The position numbers and the translations under genes are program-made. From Vulcanimicrobiota bacterium (GTDB lineage: Bacteria > Vulcanimicrobiota > Xenobia > Xenobiales > JADMJV01), in contig JBFWNU010000001.1 in the NCBI GenBank assembly GCA_050250895.1, positions 3,680,149 to 3,744,148 on the forward strand: a stretch of 64,000 nucleotides of DNA, in the 5' to 3' direction. Positions 1-11,080 of this stretch are shown here, in pieces (the stretch's first letter is position 1; every line of letters starts with the position of its first letter). The notes below the pieces were generated by a model that made no database searches, had not been told where the DNA came from, and saw only the letters and a program-made list of their open reading frames with translations.

Positions 1-615
1 GTGCCGCGTCTGCGCGACCAGGCGCCCGAATACACGGGTCTGGCCCTGGTGCTTCACCTGATCGTCTGCTCTTCGATGGCGGTCGACTGGTTTCTCAGCC
101 TCGAGGTGCACTTCTACTCGACCATCTTCGGTCTGCTGATCATGGTCAGCCAGGCCCTGTTCGCGCTTTGCTTCATCGTATGGTGGCTGTGCCGGCGGGG
201 AGTAGGACCCGAGCTGCTTTATGACCTGGGCAGCTTGATGCTGGTGTCGGTCATGCTGCTGGCCTATCTCAGCTTCTCGCAACTGGTCATCGTGTGGTCC
301 GGGGACCTGCCTCACCACTCGGGGTGGTACCTGTCGCGGGTGTGGGGGCCGTGGGCCCCGCTGGCCTGGACGCTCTTTCTAGTCTATCTGCTGCTGCCGT
401 TTCTGTGCCTGGTGTGGGGCTCGTTCAAGCGAGACGCGCGCAGGCTGGGGCGGCTGGCCGCCCTGACCCTGCTGGTGGCCCCGGTGCACGTCATCTGGCT
501 GGTATTACCCGCGCTGTTCCCCGAGGGTATTCAGCTGCACTGGCTGGATCTAGCCGCTCTGGTGGGTCTGTCCGGCCTGTGGGCCATCTTCTATGAAAGG
601 CAGGAGAGGCCATGA
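1..615 (+). CDS. actF: Alternative complex III ActF-like (NrfD-family) membrane subunit, 5' truncated by window edge
   Basis: Multi-TM protein with DWFLSL...FYSTIFG and YLSFSQLVIVWSGDLP motifs; upstream of SCO/caa3 oxidase genes as in ACIII-caa3 operons. Confidence 0.7.
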   Translation: MPRLRDQAPEYTGLALVLHLIVCSSMAVDWFLSLEVHFYSTIFGLLIMVSQALFALCFIVWWLCRRGVGPELLYDLGSLMLVSVMLLAYLSFSQLVIVWSGDLPHHSGWYLSRVWGPWAPLAWTLFLVYLLLPFLCLVWGSFKRDARRLGRLAALTLLVAPVHVIWLVLPALFPEGIQLHWLDLAALVGLSGLWAIFYERQERP

Positions 616-896
616 ATTATCGTATGATTCGCGACTGCGCCATCGGATTGCTGGTCTTTCTGGTAGTCACGCAGGGCGCCCTGTGGCTGCTCCACTGCCA
701 CTGGGTCAACAGCCTCGACGGAACCCCTCCCGAGATCGGCCTGAAGGCCTACTCCACGCCCGCTCCCAAGGCCACTCCCGTGTGGCCGCAGCCGTCGCGC
801 TCCTTCGACGAGGCGGCAGCCATCTATCTCAAGCAAGGAGGCCGCCATGCCGTTCCTCATCCTGTTGATGCTGCTAATTCTGCCTCAGCCCGCTAG
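612..896 (+). CDS. Small single-TM protein (ActG-like position in ACIII operon)
   Basis: ATGA overlap with actF, AGGAG RBS, one N-terminal TM helix. Confidence 0.5.
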   Translation: MNYRMIRDCAIGLLVFLVVTQGALWLLHCHWVNSLDGTPPEIGLKAYSTPAPKATPVWPQPSRSFDEAAAIYLKQGGRHAVPHPVDAANSASAR

Positions 897-1605
897 GGCC
901 GAAGCACCCAGGGTCGATTTTGTCCAGCGACTGGGCGCCGACGTGCCCGGGGAGCTGGTGTTTCTGGACGAGCAAGGTCGACAGGTGCGTTTCGACCAAC
1001 TCACCGGTGGCAAGCCCAGTCTGCTGGTGCTCGGATATTATCACTGTCCGATGCTCTGCCACCAGATTCAGGGCGGGTTGGTGGATAGCCTGGGTCAGCT
1101 CGAGTGGAGTGTGGGTCGCGAGTTCAACGTGATTTGCGTGAGCATCGACTCCCGGGAGCGCCCCGAGTTGGCCCGGAAGAAGCAGCACGCCTACCTCAGT
1201 CGCTACGACCGGCCGGCCGCCGAAAAGGGATGGCGTTTCTTGACCGGCGGCCAGGAACAGATCAACAGGTTGTGTGACACGGTGGGATTCGAATCGGTCT
1301 ACGACCCTCCCACCGATCAGTTCGCCCACCCCGCCGGGCTGGTGGTGCTCACGCCCGAGGGCAAAGTCTCTTCCTATCTGCTGGGGATCAGCTTTCCGGC
1401 TCGGGCTATCAAGCTGGCCTTGCAGCGGGCCTCGAGCGGGGGAGTAGGGGATCCGGTCGACCAGATCCTGTTGCTCTGTTTTCACTATGACCCCAGCACC
1501 GGCCGTTACAGTCTGGCCATCATGCGCCTGATGCAGATCGCGGGATTGGCTACCGTCTTGTTGCTGGCTGGATGGATCAACTATATGCACCGGAGGCAAT
1601 CGTGA
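847..1605 (+). CDS. SCO1/SenC family copper chaperone
   Basis: Signal peptide, YYHCPMLC (CxxxC) motif, conserved His in FAHPAG, C-terminal TM. Confidence 0.9.
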   Translation: MPFLILLMLLILPQPARAEAPRVDFVQRLGADVPGELVFLDEQGRQVRFDQLTGGKPSLLVLGYYHCPMLCHQIQGGLVDSLGQLEWSVGREFNVICVSIDSRERPELARKKQHAYLSRYDRPAAEKGWRFLTGGQEQINRLCDTVGFESVYDPPTDQFAHPAGLVVLTPEGKVSSYLLGISFPARAIKLALQRASSGGVGDPVDQILLLCFHYDPSTGRYSLAIMRLMQIAGLATVLLLAGWINYMHRRQS

Positions 1606-2532
1606 AGATAGGCGACCTGCCTGTCTGGCCCGAGCGGGCCTCGGCGGCGGCTGGCGCGGTCGACGGGGTGGCTCTGGCCGTGTTTGCCGTCTGCGCCGTG
1701 CTGGCGCTGGGCATCCTGGTGGCCGTGGTCTTCTTCTTGATCCGCTATCGCGAGAGCAACCTCGGCGTGGACCGTACCAATCCGCCCAGCTCGTTGCTGC
1801 CCCTCGAATTGGGCTGGATTGCGGCTGCCACCCTGTTGGGTCTGGTGCTTTTTGGCCTGGGGGCGCGCAGTTACTATACCCTCTACACGATGCCGGCTCA
1901 GGCCGAGCTCGAGCTCGAGGTGGTGGGCAAGCAGTGGATGTGGAAAATTCGCTATCCCAACGGTTATAAGACCATCAACCGTCTGGTGGTGCCCCGGGGC
2001 CAGAAAGTCCTGCTGAGGATGATTTCCGAGGACGTGATCCACAGCTTCGACCTGCCCGAGTTTCGCCTCAAGCACGATGTCTTGCCTGGCCGATACAGCC
2101 AACTGTGGCTGGAGGCCGACCAGGTGGGCGTTTTCCATCTGTTCTGCGCCGAGTACTGTGGCACCGACCATGCCAAAATGGTCGGCCAGGTCGAGGTGCT
2201 CGAGCCTGAAGACTTCGAGGCCTGGCTACGCACCACCACGGCCGACAGCCTCTCACCGGCGGAGCGGGGACGGGTGCTTTTCGACAGGTTCGGCTGTGCC
2301 GGCTGCCACAGTCAGAACAACGCTCCCCGGCTGCCGGGCGCCTACGGCAATCGGGTTGCCCTCGAAGACGGCACCACCGCCACCGTGGACGAGGACTACA
2401 TCCGCAACTCCATCCTCTATCCCGCTCGACAGGTCGTGGCCGGCTTTGCTCCGACTATCATGCCAACCTACGAGGGCCGCCTTTCGGAGCAGCAGATCCT
2501 CGACCTGATCGCTTTTATTCGGGAGGGCAACG

Positions 2533-2540
<8 letters not shown>
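1602..2540 (+). CDS. ctaC: Cytochrome c oxidase subunit II with fused cytochrome c (caa3 type)
   Basis: Two TMs, DVIHSF, CuA motif [13 protein letters not shown]-terminal CAGCH heme c motif; GTG start overlaps SCO stop. Confidence 0.95.
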
Positions 2541-4106
<1,566 letters not shown>

Positions 4107-4110
<4 letters not shown>

Positions 4111-4694
4111 ATCCGTTTCGCAATCGCGAGCAGCAGCTGGAAGCCTATGAGGCGGGAATGTGGCTATTCCTCGCTTCGGAGTTGATGCTCTTCGGTGGGG
4201 TCTTTCTTTGCTATTTGCTGGCCCGGATGACCCATCACCCCGAGTTCGTCGAGTCCAGTCATCATCTCGATCGGCTGCTCGGCACCCTCAACACGGCCCT
4301 GCTGCTGACCAGCAGTTACACCGTGGCTCTCGGCGTCGACCACACGCGCGAGGGGCGCTTTAAAAAGGCCTCGTGGCTGTTGGGGGCGACCACCTTGATG
4401 GGTCTGGCCTTTCTAGGAATCAAGATGCACGAATGGCACACCGAACTCAGTCACGGGCGGGGCCCTGACGAGAACCTATTCTTCTGGCTCTATTTCGTGA
4501 TGACCGGCCTGCATGCGTTTCATATGGTGATGGGCGTGCTGGCGATGAGCATTCTGATCTATCTGTTGCGCCACCGGCCCCATGTGCTCGACGACCCGTC
4601 CCCCGTAATCATGGGCGGGCTTTATTGGCACCTGGTCGACATCATCTGGATCTTCCTGTTTCCTTGCCTGTATCTGATCGGGGGGCCAGGATGA
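4107..4694 (+). CDS. ctaE: Cytochrome c oxidase subunit III
   Basis: [27 protein letters not shown]. Confidence 0.95.
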
Positions 4695-4945
4695 ACACCC
4701 TCGCCTATCTCGCTTTGATGGTGCTGCTTGGGCTTACGGTGGGGCTGAGTTATCTCGATCTCGGCCACCTCGGCCCGCCGGTGGCGGCTTTCATTGCAGT
4801 GACCAAGACAGCGGTGGTGGCCAGCATCTTCATGCACTTGCGCAAGAGCACCAAACTGGTGCGACTGTTGGCCTGCGGGGCTCTGCTGTGGTTATTGTTA
4901 CTGTTTGGATTGACTCTGACCGACTACTTCACCCGAGGGGGATAA
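4691..4945 (+). CDS. ctaF: Cytochrome c oxidase subunit IV family
   Basis: Three TMs, K...FMHL motif, ATGA overlap with ctaE. Confidence 0.85.
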   Translation: MNTLAYLALMVLLGLTVGLSYLDLGHLGPPVAAFIAVTKTAVVASIFMHLRKSTKLVRLLACGALLWLLLLFGLTLTDYFTRGG

Positions 4946-4971
4946 AAAAAGAGCGCCCGGGAGGCGGGCGC
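4944..4971 (-). terminator. Intrinsic terminator (minus strand; may also end the cta operon)
   Basis: GCGCCCG-GGAGG-CGGGCGC hairpin with A7 run on its left (U-tract on minus strand). Confidence 0.6.
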
Positions 4972-5077
4972 CGAGGTATCCATTTTGGTGACAGATTTGA
5001 CTTGCCTTAAGACTAACGGCGGGCGGGTCGAGGACCATCATCCTCTCAGGTAGCAGCCCTCCATACCAAAGGATAGT

Positions 5078-5269
5078 CTATCGGCTTTGCCAGGCTTCTT
5101 CACTACCCAATCGGCAATGGTTGAAAGCCTTGCGGAGTCCGCCGAGGACCTCGGCCGAGGTCTCGAACAAGGCCTTCTCCTGGCTGCTGTCGGTTTGCGA
5201 GACCCCTTCGCGCAGTTTGGTCTGGATGCGGTCGAGTTCGACCTCGAGGGTTTCTAGAAGCAACGACAT
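5078..5269 (-). CDS. Small hypothetical protein (63 aa)
   Basis: GAAAGGAG RBS before ATG at 5269; helical KALFETSAEVLGGL sequence. Confidence 0.65.
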   Translation of the reverse strand: MSLLLETLEVELDRIQTKLREGVSQTDSSQEKALFETSAEVLGGLRKAFNHCRLGSEEAWQSR

Positions 5270-5341
5270 GGCTGCTCTCCTTTCGGGTTGTCTTGACAAC
5301 ACGTTCATATTTAACTATTATAATATAGAGTTTGAAAGAAC

Positions 5342-6043
5342 TCAGTCCTGAGGCGGATGACCCCCCGATTGCCTCAGGACTTTTTGCTGTACCGGCCGTC
5401 CTTTCACCCGCTCTATCCGGGAAAGCGTGTCGGCCAGGCGGGCGTGACTGATAGGACCACCGTGATGGTGAATATCGAGGATCAGGTGCTCGTCGGCATG
5501 ATGCACCTCGAATTCCTCAGACCTCACTCCATGCTCGCGCAAAGCCATCTCGATTTTGCGCAACAGCAGACCGTCGTTAGGCAACTCCAGCTCAAGAGTC
5601 TGCCGTTGTTGGTGACGCTTGCGAAGGGCGTCTTCCAGAGGGGAGAGCAAGGTCAGGACCAGCACCACTGCAACCGTGACAGCCAGGGCGAGAGCGTGAT
5701 AGCCAAGACCCGCGCACAGCCCGACCGCGGCCGCCACCCAGATAGCGGCGGCCGTGGTCAGTCCATAGACGCTTCCCCGCGATTCGATGATCGAACCAGC
5801 GCCTAGAAAGCCGATGCCCGAGACGACTCCGGCGGCCACTCGGCCCGGGTCCACCGACACCAGTCGAGCGGCAACTTCGGTCGCCTGTCCCACCAGTTCG
5901 CTGGCGACCATGAACAGGGCCGAGCCCACCGTGATGAGCACGATGGTCCGCAAGCCGGCCGGCTTTTCTCGGTGCTCCCGCTCGAGTCCGAGCATCAGCC
6001 CGCAGACGAAGGCGGTCAGCAGTTTGAGAGCAACTTCAGGCAT
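5342..6043 (-). CDS. MgtC/SapB family membrane protein
   Basis: GLEREHREKPAGLRT, GIGFLGAG and GLTTAAAIW motifs. Confidence 0.9.
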   Translation of the reverse strand: MPEVALKLLTAFVCGLMLGLEREHREKPAGLRTIVLITVGSALFMVASELVGQATEVAARLVSVDPGRVAAGVVSGIGFLGAGSIIESRGSVYGLTTAAAIWVAAAVGLCAGLGYHALALAVTVAVVLVLTLLSPLEDALRKRHQQRQTLELELPNDGLLLRKIEMALREHGVRSEEFEVHHADEHLILDIHHHGGPISHARLADTLSRIERVKGRPVQQKVLRQSGGHPPQD

Positions 6044-6045
6044 GA

Positions 6046-8127
6046 CTAGCCGAGGAGGCTGGGAGCGGGTCTTTGCCAATGGCGATGTTCAGCCAGGGCC
6101 TCAAGGAACTTGTGGCCGAAGCTCTCGACCTGGTCGGCCCCGGCCGTCACGACCCCGTGCTCGCTGACACACTTTCCTTCGGAGAGTTTGACCGCCAGTC
6201 CGATGGAGATGAGCACCCTTGCGCCTTCGGCCAGCCCACCCAGGGGTTTCTTCTGTTCGTAGGTATCCTTCACGAAGGTCGCGACTTTAGGATTCTGCTC
6301 GAGTTGGCCCCCGGCCAGAATGGTGCCGTCAAAGAGAGAGGGGGCCGCGGTGTGATAGGTGTCGTCGATGGCCAGACCGTGGAAGTGCCCGAAGTGAGGC
6401 CCCACCACCACCGGTTCGGCGCCCTGACTCTGCAGCGCCTGGAACAGTTTCTCCACCTGGCCTTTGTCCACCCCGGCTTCCACCAGGATGGCCACGCGCC
6501 GGGTCGAGACCGTGGCTGCCTTGTTCTTTTCGATGCTGAGGGCATCCGACTTCTGGTCGTGACGTTGGCCGGTGTCGCTCGGCGAGGGAGCGGGGGAGTG
6601 CTCGAGAAATTTCAAGTCGCCGTCAGGCTTGGGCAGCCCCAGTTTGGAGGCGACCCCGTTGGCTAGCTCTTCCGAGACGTGGTAGAGCAGGTTCACCATG
6701 CGCTGGCGTACATTCTCTGACTTGGACATGCCCAGTTCGAAGCTGGCGGCATCGATGATATGTTGTTGTTCGACGCTGGTCTGGGAGTTCCAGAACAGGG
6801 TCGCCTGGCGAAAATGGACCTTGAAGAGGGGGCTGCGGGCTCTTACTTTGTGGGCCTCGATCTTCTCGGCAAAGTGCCGGAAGGCTCCCGCCTCGGCGCC
6901 CGGTGCAAAGGGACAGCCGCCCGCCAGCATGTTCGGCTCATAGGCTACCTGCCCGGGGTTGATGGTCTGACGGCCGTAGCCATCGCGCTGGTTGTTGTTG
7001 ACCGAGGCGCGGGGGCGGTTGATAGGAATCTCGGCGAAGTTGGGTCCGCCCAGGCGGATCAGTTGGGTGTCGGTGTAAGAGAAGAGTCGGCCCTGCAAGA
7101 GAGGGTCGTTGGTGAAGTCAATCCCCGGCACTACGTGGCCAGGATGAAAGGCGATCTGTTCGGTCTCGGCAAAGAAATTGTCGACGTTGCGATTGAGCGT
7201 CATCTTGCCGACGCGCCGCACGGGCACCAGTTCTTCGGGGACGATCTTGGTGGGGTCGAGGATGTCGAAGTCCCACTCGGCCGCCTCTTCTTCCGTGAAG
7301 ATTTGCAGACCGAATTCCCACTCGGGGAAGTCTCCGTTTTCGATGGCCGTCCACAGGTCGCGGTTGAGAAAATCGGCATCCAGCCCGGCGATTTTCTGGG
7401 CTTCTTCCCACACCAACGAGGCCATTCCCAGCACCGGCTTCCAATGGAATTTCACCAGTTTGCTCTCGCCTTTGGCGTTGAGCAGCCGGAAAGTGTGAAT
7501 ACCGAAGCCTTCCATCATCCTCACGCTGCGGGGAATGGCTCGGTCCGAGAACAACCACATCAACATGGCCATCGACTCGGGCATGAGCGAGCAGAAGTCA
7601 TAGAAGGTCTCGTGAGCGCTGGCGGCCTGGGGCATGTTATTGTGAGGCTCGGCTTTGACGGCGTGGATCAGGTCGGGAAACTTGATGGCGTCCTGGATGA
7701 AAAAGATGGGAATGTTGTTGCCGACCAGATCGAAGTTGCCCTCGTCGGTATAGAACTTGGTGGCAAATCCTCGCACGTCGCGGACGGTCTCGGCCGAACC
7801 TTTGTTGCCGGCCACCGTCGAGAAACGAACAAAGACCGGCGTCTGTCGGTCGGGCTCGCACAGAAAGCGAGCGCAGGTAATGTCCTCGAGGCTCTCATAC
7901 ACCTCGAAGACGCCGTGGGCGCCAAAGCCGCGCGCGTGCACGACACGTTCTGGGATGCGCTCGTGGTCGAAATGGGTCATCTTCTCGCGGAAGAAGAAGT
8001 CCTCCATCAGCGATGGTCCGCGCTCGCCCGCCTTGAGCGAGTCCTGGTTCGAGGGCACCTTGATGCCTTGATTGGTGGTCAGATGGTCGTGGTCGGGATT
8101 GCTTTTAAATGGGTCTAATCTACTCAT
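6046..8127 (-). CDS. katE: Large-subunit monofunctional catalase (HPII) with C-terminal DJ-1-like domain
   Basis: FDHERIPERVVHARG active site, RLFSYTDTQ proximal Tyr, 693 aa. Confidence 0.97.
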   Translation of the reverse strand: MSRLDPFKSNPDHDHLTTNQGIKVPSNQDSLKAGERGPSLMEDFFFREKMTHFDHERIPERVVHARGFGAHGVFEVYESLEDITCARFLCEPDRQTPVFVRFSTVAGNKGSAETVRDVRGFATKFYTDEGNFDLVGNNIPIFFIQDAIKFPDLIHAVKAEPHNNMPQAASAHETFYDFCSLMPESMAMLMWLFSDRAIPRSVRMMEGFGIHTFRLLNAKGESKLVKFHWKPVLGMASLVWEEAQKIAGLDADFLNRDLWTAIENGDFPEWEFGLQIFTEEEAAEWDFDILDPTKIVPEELVPVRRVGKMTLNRNVDNFFAETEQIAFHPGHVVPGIDFTNDPLLQGRLFSYTDTQLIRLGGPNFAEIPINRPRASVNNNQRDGYGRQTINPGQVAYEPNMLAGGCPFAPGAEAGAFRHFAEKIEAHKVRARSPLFKVHFRQATLFWNSQTSVEQQHIIDAASFELGMSKSENVRQRMVNLLYHVSEELANGVASKLGLPKPDGDLKFLEHSPAPSPSDTGQRHDQKSDALSIEKNKAATVSTRRVAILVEAGVDKGQVEKLFQALQSQGAEPVVVGPHFGHFHGLAIDDTYHTAAPSLFDGTILAGGQLEQNPKVATFVKDTYEQKKPLGGLAEGARVLISIGLAVKLSEGKCVSEHGVVTAGADQVESFGHKFLEALAEHRHWQRPAPSLLG

Positions 8128-8246
8128 AGTTATTCCTCCGATTCTCAGCTTGGGTAGCTGAAGGTCCCCCGGACGAATCGGATAGGGGGACCGCGAAACT
8201 CAACTCGTGGCCGTCCGGGTAAGGGCGGACAGACCGCAAAGGCGGG

Positions 8247-9341
8247 TCATGGGGCATCCCTCTCGGCCACCGTCAAAGTGACGGTCTTGCTTTCGCCATC
8301 CCGATAACGGGTGACCTCGAAGCGAGAACCCACTTCGGCCGCAGTGGCTGCATCCACCAGCTGGCGGGGGGTCTCGATGGCCTTCCCTTCGGCTTCGGTG
8401 AGCACATCGCCGGCCTGCAGCCCTGCCGCGGCCGCGGGACCCTCGGGCAAGACAGCCGCCAGCACCACTCCGTCGAGGTCGGGCGGAAGCTGCAACGCCT
8501 GTCTGAGACGGGGCGTGAGGGGTTGCACCGAAACGCCGATAAAGCCGCGCACCACATGGCCTTCGCGCCGTAGACTCTCGGCGATTTCGGCGGCCAGGCT
8601 AGAAGGGACGGCAAAACCGATGCCCTGGCCAGCGGCCAGAATGGCGGTGTTGATGCCGATCACCTGGCCGTGGGCATTGAAGAGGGGGCCTCCACTGTTG
8701 CCGGGATTGATGGAGGCGTCGGTCTGGAGAAAATCGTCAAAGGGGCCGGCTCCGATGACCCGGCCCTTGCCGCTGATCACCCCCACGGTAACGGTCTCTT
8801 CGAGACCGAACGGGTTGCCGATCGCCATCACCCATTCCCCCACCCGCGTCTGCTCGGAATCGCCGAGAGGCGCTGCCGGCAGCTGTTCGTCAGATTCAAT
8901 CTGGATCAGCGCCAAGTCGGTGCTCGGGTCCGTGCCTTCCACCCGGGCGTCCCACTCGCGGCCGTCGTGCGTGGTCACCCTGACTCGCTTGGCCTCGGAG
9001 ACGACATGGTTGTTGGTCAGAATCCAACCCTCGGGGTCGATGATGACACCGCTGCCCTGGCCGGGAAGCAAGCGCTCTGAGCGACCGGGTAGGCGAAAGG
9101 GAAAGTCTGACCGCGTGGGCGCGGACTTGAGCACGGCGATGTTGACCACCGTGGGGGCCACCTGCTGAGCCAATTCTGAGAAGTCGGGTCCCTGAAAGGA
9201 TACCAGCGGGGCAGCCCCGGCCGGGGACGGCTGAACGCGAAAGGCTCGTTGATTCACCCGCGGGTCGGGGTCAGGGCGAGGATGGCACCCGGTCAACACC
9301 AGGCATAGACAGAAAAGCGATACGAGGCGGGCAAACAGCAT
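8247..9341 (-). CDS. HtrA/DegP-family serine protease with PDZ domain, lipoprotein
   Basis: TNNHVV, DLALI, INPGNSGGPL triad motifs; LTGC lipobox; one PDZ. Confidence 0.93.
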   Translation of the reverse strand: MLFARLVSLFCLCLVLTGCHPRPDPDPRVNQRAFRVQPSPAGAAPLVSFQGPDFSELAQQVAPTVVNIAVLKSAPTRSDFPFRLPGRSERLLPGQGSGVIIDPEGWILTNNHVVSEAKRVRVTTHDGREWDARVEGTDPSTDLALIQIESDEQLPAAPLGDSEQTRVGEWVMAIGNPFGLEETVTVGVISGKGRVIGAGPFDDFLQTDASINPGNSGGPLFNAHGQVIGINTAILAAGQGIGFAVPSSLAAEIAESLRREGHVVRGFIGVSVQPLTPRLRQALQLPPDLDGVVLAAVLPEGPAAAAGLQAGDVLTEAEGKAIETPRQLVDAATAAEVGSRFEVTRYRDGESKTVTLTVAERDAP

Positions 9342-9499
9342 GTCATGACAATAGCCCCGGCCGGGCTGACTCACTACCGCCACCCGGGTCACGGCTGGGC
9401 ATCCTCACGTGCCTCTTCTTTGGGGGTGGGGTCCTCTATCTGGAACGATGTTCGGCCGAGGCCGGCGAGCTGCTAGGATCGACCCACGAAGGAGAAATC

Positions 9500-9844
9500 A
9501 TGCCAGACACCACAATCAAGAAGATCAATTCCAACTTTTCACCCCAGGGCGCCATGGGCCAGATTTACCTGGCCACGGGCACGCGCATCGGTATGCGACT
9601 GTGGCGCAACGAAGAAGCCGGCGAGGGCAAAGCGGCCGGGCGGCGAGACTACGAGACGGTGGGGTATGTCATCTCGGGTAAGGCTCGCCTGGAACTCGAG
9701 GGGCAGACTGTCATACTCGAGCCAGGCGATTCGTGGGTCGTGCCGGCCGGAGCCAACCATCGCTACGAGGTGCTCGAACAATTCACGGCCGTTGAAGCGA
9801 CCAGTCCGCCGGCCCACATCCATGACCGGGACAACCCCGCCTAG
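9500..9844 (+). CDS. Cupin domain protein
   Basis: AAGGAG RBS; YETVGYVISG...LEPGDSWVVPAGANHRY cupin motifs. Confidence 0.85.
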   Translation: MPDTTIKKINSNFSPQGAMGQIYLATGTRIGMRLWRNEEAGEGKAAGRRDYETVGYVISGKARLELEGQTVILEPGDSWVVPAGANHRYEVLEQFTAVEATSPPAHIHDRDNPA

Positions 9845-9845
9845 T

Positions 9846-10316
9846 CTAGTCGCTGCCAAGATCACGGAAGTTCATCCATTGCCCGGCCTCCACCCCAGCG
9901 CGAGTCTGGGAGTTCCACTCGGCCTGAAAGGTGCGGCGGGCCAGCGGACGGTCGCGGGGACCGACGGCGCCGGTCGAGGTTACTCGCACCAGGTCATAGG
10001 GTGAGCCTCCATAGAGCACATCCACCGTGACCAGGTAGTAACCGGCTGGCTGACCGTCGAGGTCGGTCAGCTCTTCACTGAAGGTGAAACTCGGTTGTTC
10101 CTCGGCCCCGGCCGGGGGAAAAGAGTGGTCTCGATTGAGCTTGACCCGGGCATCCTCCAGTCCTGCGTAGGCCAGAGCCTCGGCCTGGACCGCCGCGCGC
10201 GACGAGGCCGAAGCCCGATAGCGACTCACCCGGCTGCTCAGAAAGCCAAGCCCCAGCGCAAAGAGGATGCCGAGCAACAGCAAGACCATAATGAGTAGCG
10301 AACCGCGTCTCCTCAC
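9846..10316 (-). CDS. PilX/GspK-like minor pilin
   Basis: RRRGSLLIMVLL prepilin-like start and QAEALAYAGLEDA PilX N-terminal motif; GTGA overlap. Confidence 0.7.
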   Translation of the reverse strand: MRRRGSLLIMVLLLLGILFALGLGFLSSRVSRYRASASSRAAVQAEALAYAGLEDARVKLNRDHSFPPAGAEEQPSFTFSEELTDLDGQPAGYYLVTVDVLYGGSPYDLVRVTSTGAVGPRDRPLARRTFQAEWNSQTRAGVEAGQWMNFRDLGSD

Positions 10317-11080
10317 GGGCTGAGCAAGATGGGGCCGACGACCACATCCTTCTCCTCTCCACCATAGACCGCTCGCACGTGTACCAGGCAAGTGCCAGGA
10401 GCGCTCAGAGCGGCTCCGGTGGGACTCAGGACCTGGTGGGTGAAGCGCGCCGTAGAACCGTCACGCCGGGTCGGGAGGATCGTCCCGTTACCCGTTTGCG
10501 GTTCGACGTACCATTGATAGACCAGGCCCGGAATGGGTGTGTTGCCGGCTCGCAGCCCCTGAACGGAAAAATCGACGCTGGTGCCGGGGGAGAGAGGCCC
10601 CGCCGAGTTGGGTGTTACCGAAAGAGCCGGGCTGCCCCACAGACGCCGGGGGGCCCCCACCAGGGTGGTCAGACGCAGGTTTTGATCATCCCAACTGACA
10701 GTGACTTCGACGCGCTGAGCCAGGTCGTTGCCGTAGACCGGATCGGTTTGCTCGGACTCGAAGAGCGAACAGGGAGAGTAGAGTCGATGACCCAGGGAGC
10801 GAATGCGCACCTGGTATTCGGGAAAGGCCGGATCGGTGACGGTGACGTCGGCGTAGGGCGACCAGTCATCATAGTTGAAGCCGCCGCCGGCCGGAGCGTT
10901 GGCCCAGCCCCGCAACTGCTCGACCCGGTTGCGCGCCAGATTGGCCGCGATGGCCTGGGCTTTGACCCGAGTGGTCTGGCGCAGACCAGCGTGAAAGAGG
11001 GTAATGAGGACCAGCATGGCGGCCACCAGGATGAACATGGCCACCACCGTCTCGGCCACGCTCAACCCGCGCCGGGTCAT
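10313..11080 (-). CDS. PilV-like prepilin protein
   Basis: MTRRG|LSVAE type IV prepilin cleavage motif plus TM. Confidence 0.75.
   Translation of the reverse strand: MTRRGLSVAETVVAMFILVAAMLVLITLFHAGLRQTTRVKAQAIAANLARNRVEQLRGWANAPAGGGFNYDDWSPYADVTVTDPAFPEYQVRIRSLGHRLYSPCSLFESEQTDPVYGNDLAQRVEVTVSWDDQNLRLTTLVGAPRRLWGSPALSVTPNSAGPLSPGTSVDFSVQGLRAGNTPIPGLVYQWYVEPQTGNGTILPTRRDGSTARFTHQVLSPTGAALSAPGTCLVHVRAVYGGEEKDVVVGPILLSP

Noticed and set aside
6760-8118. 452-aa + strand ORF
   Set aside because: Antisense shadow of katE
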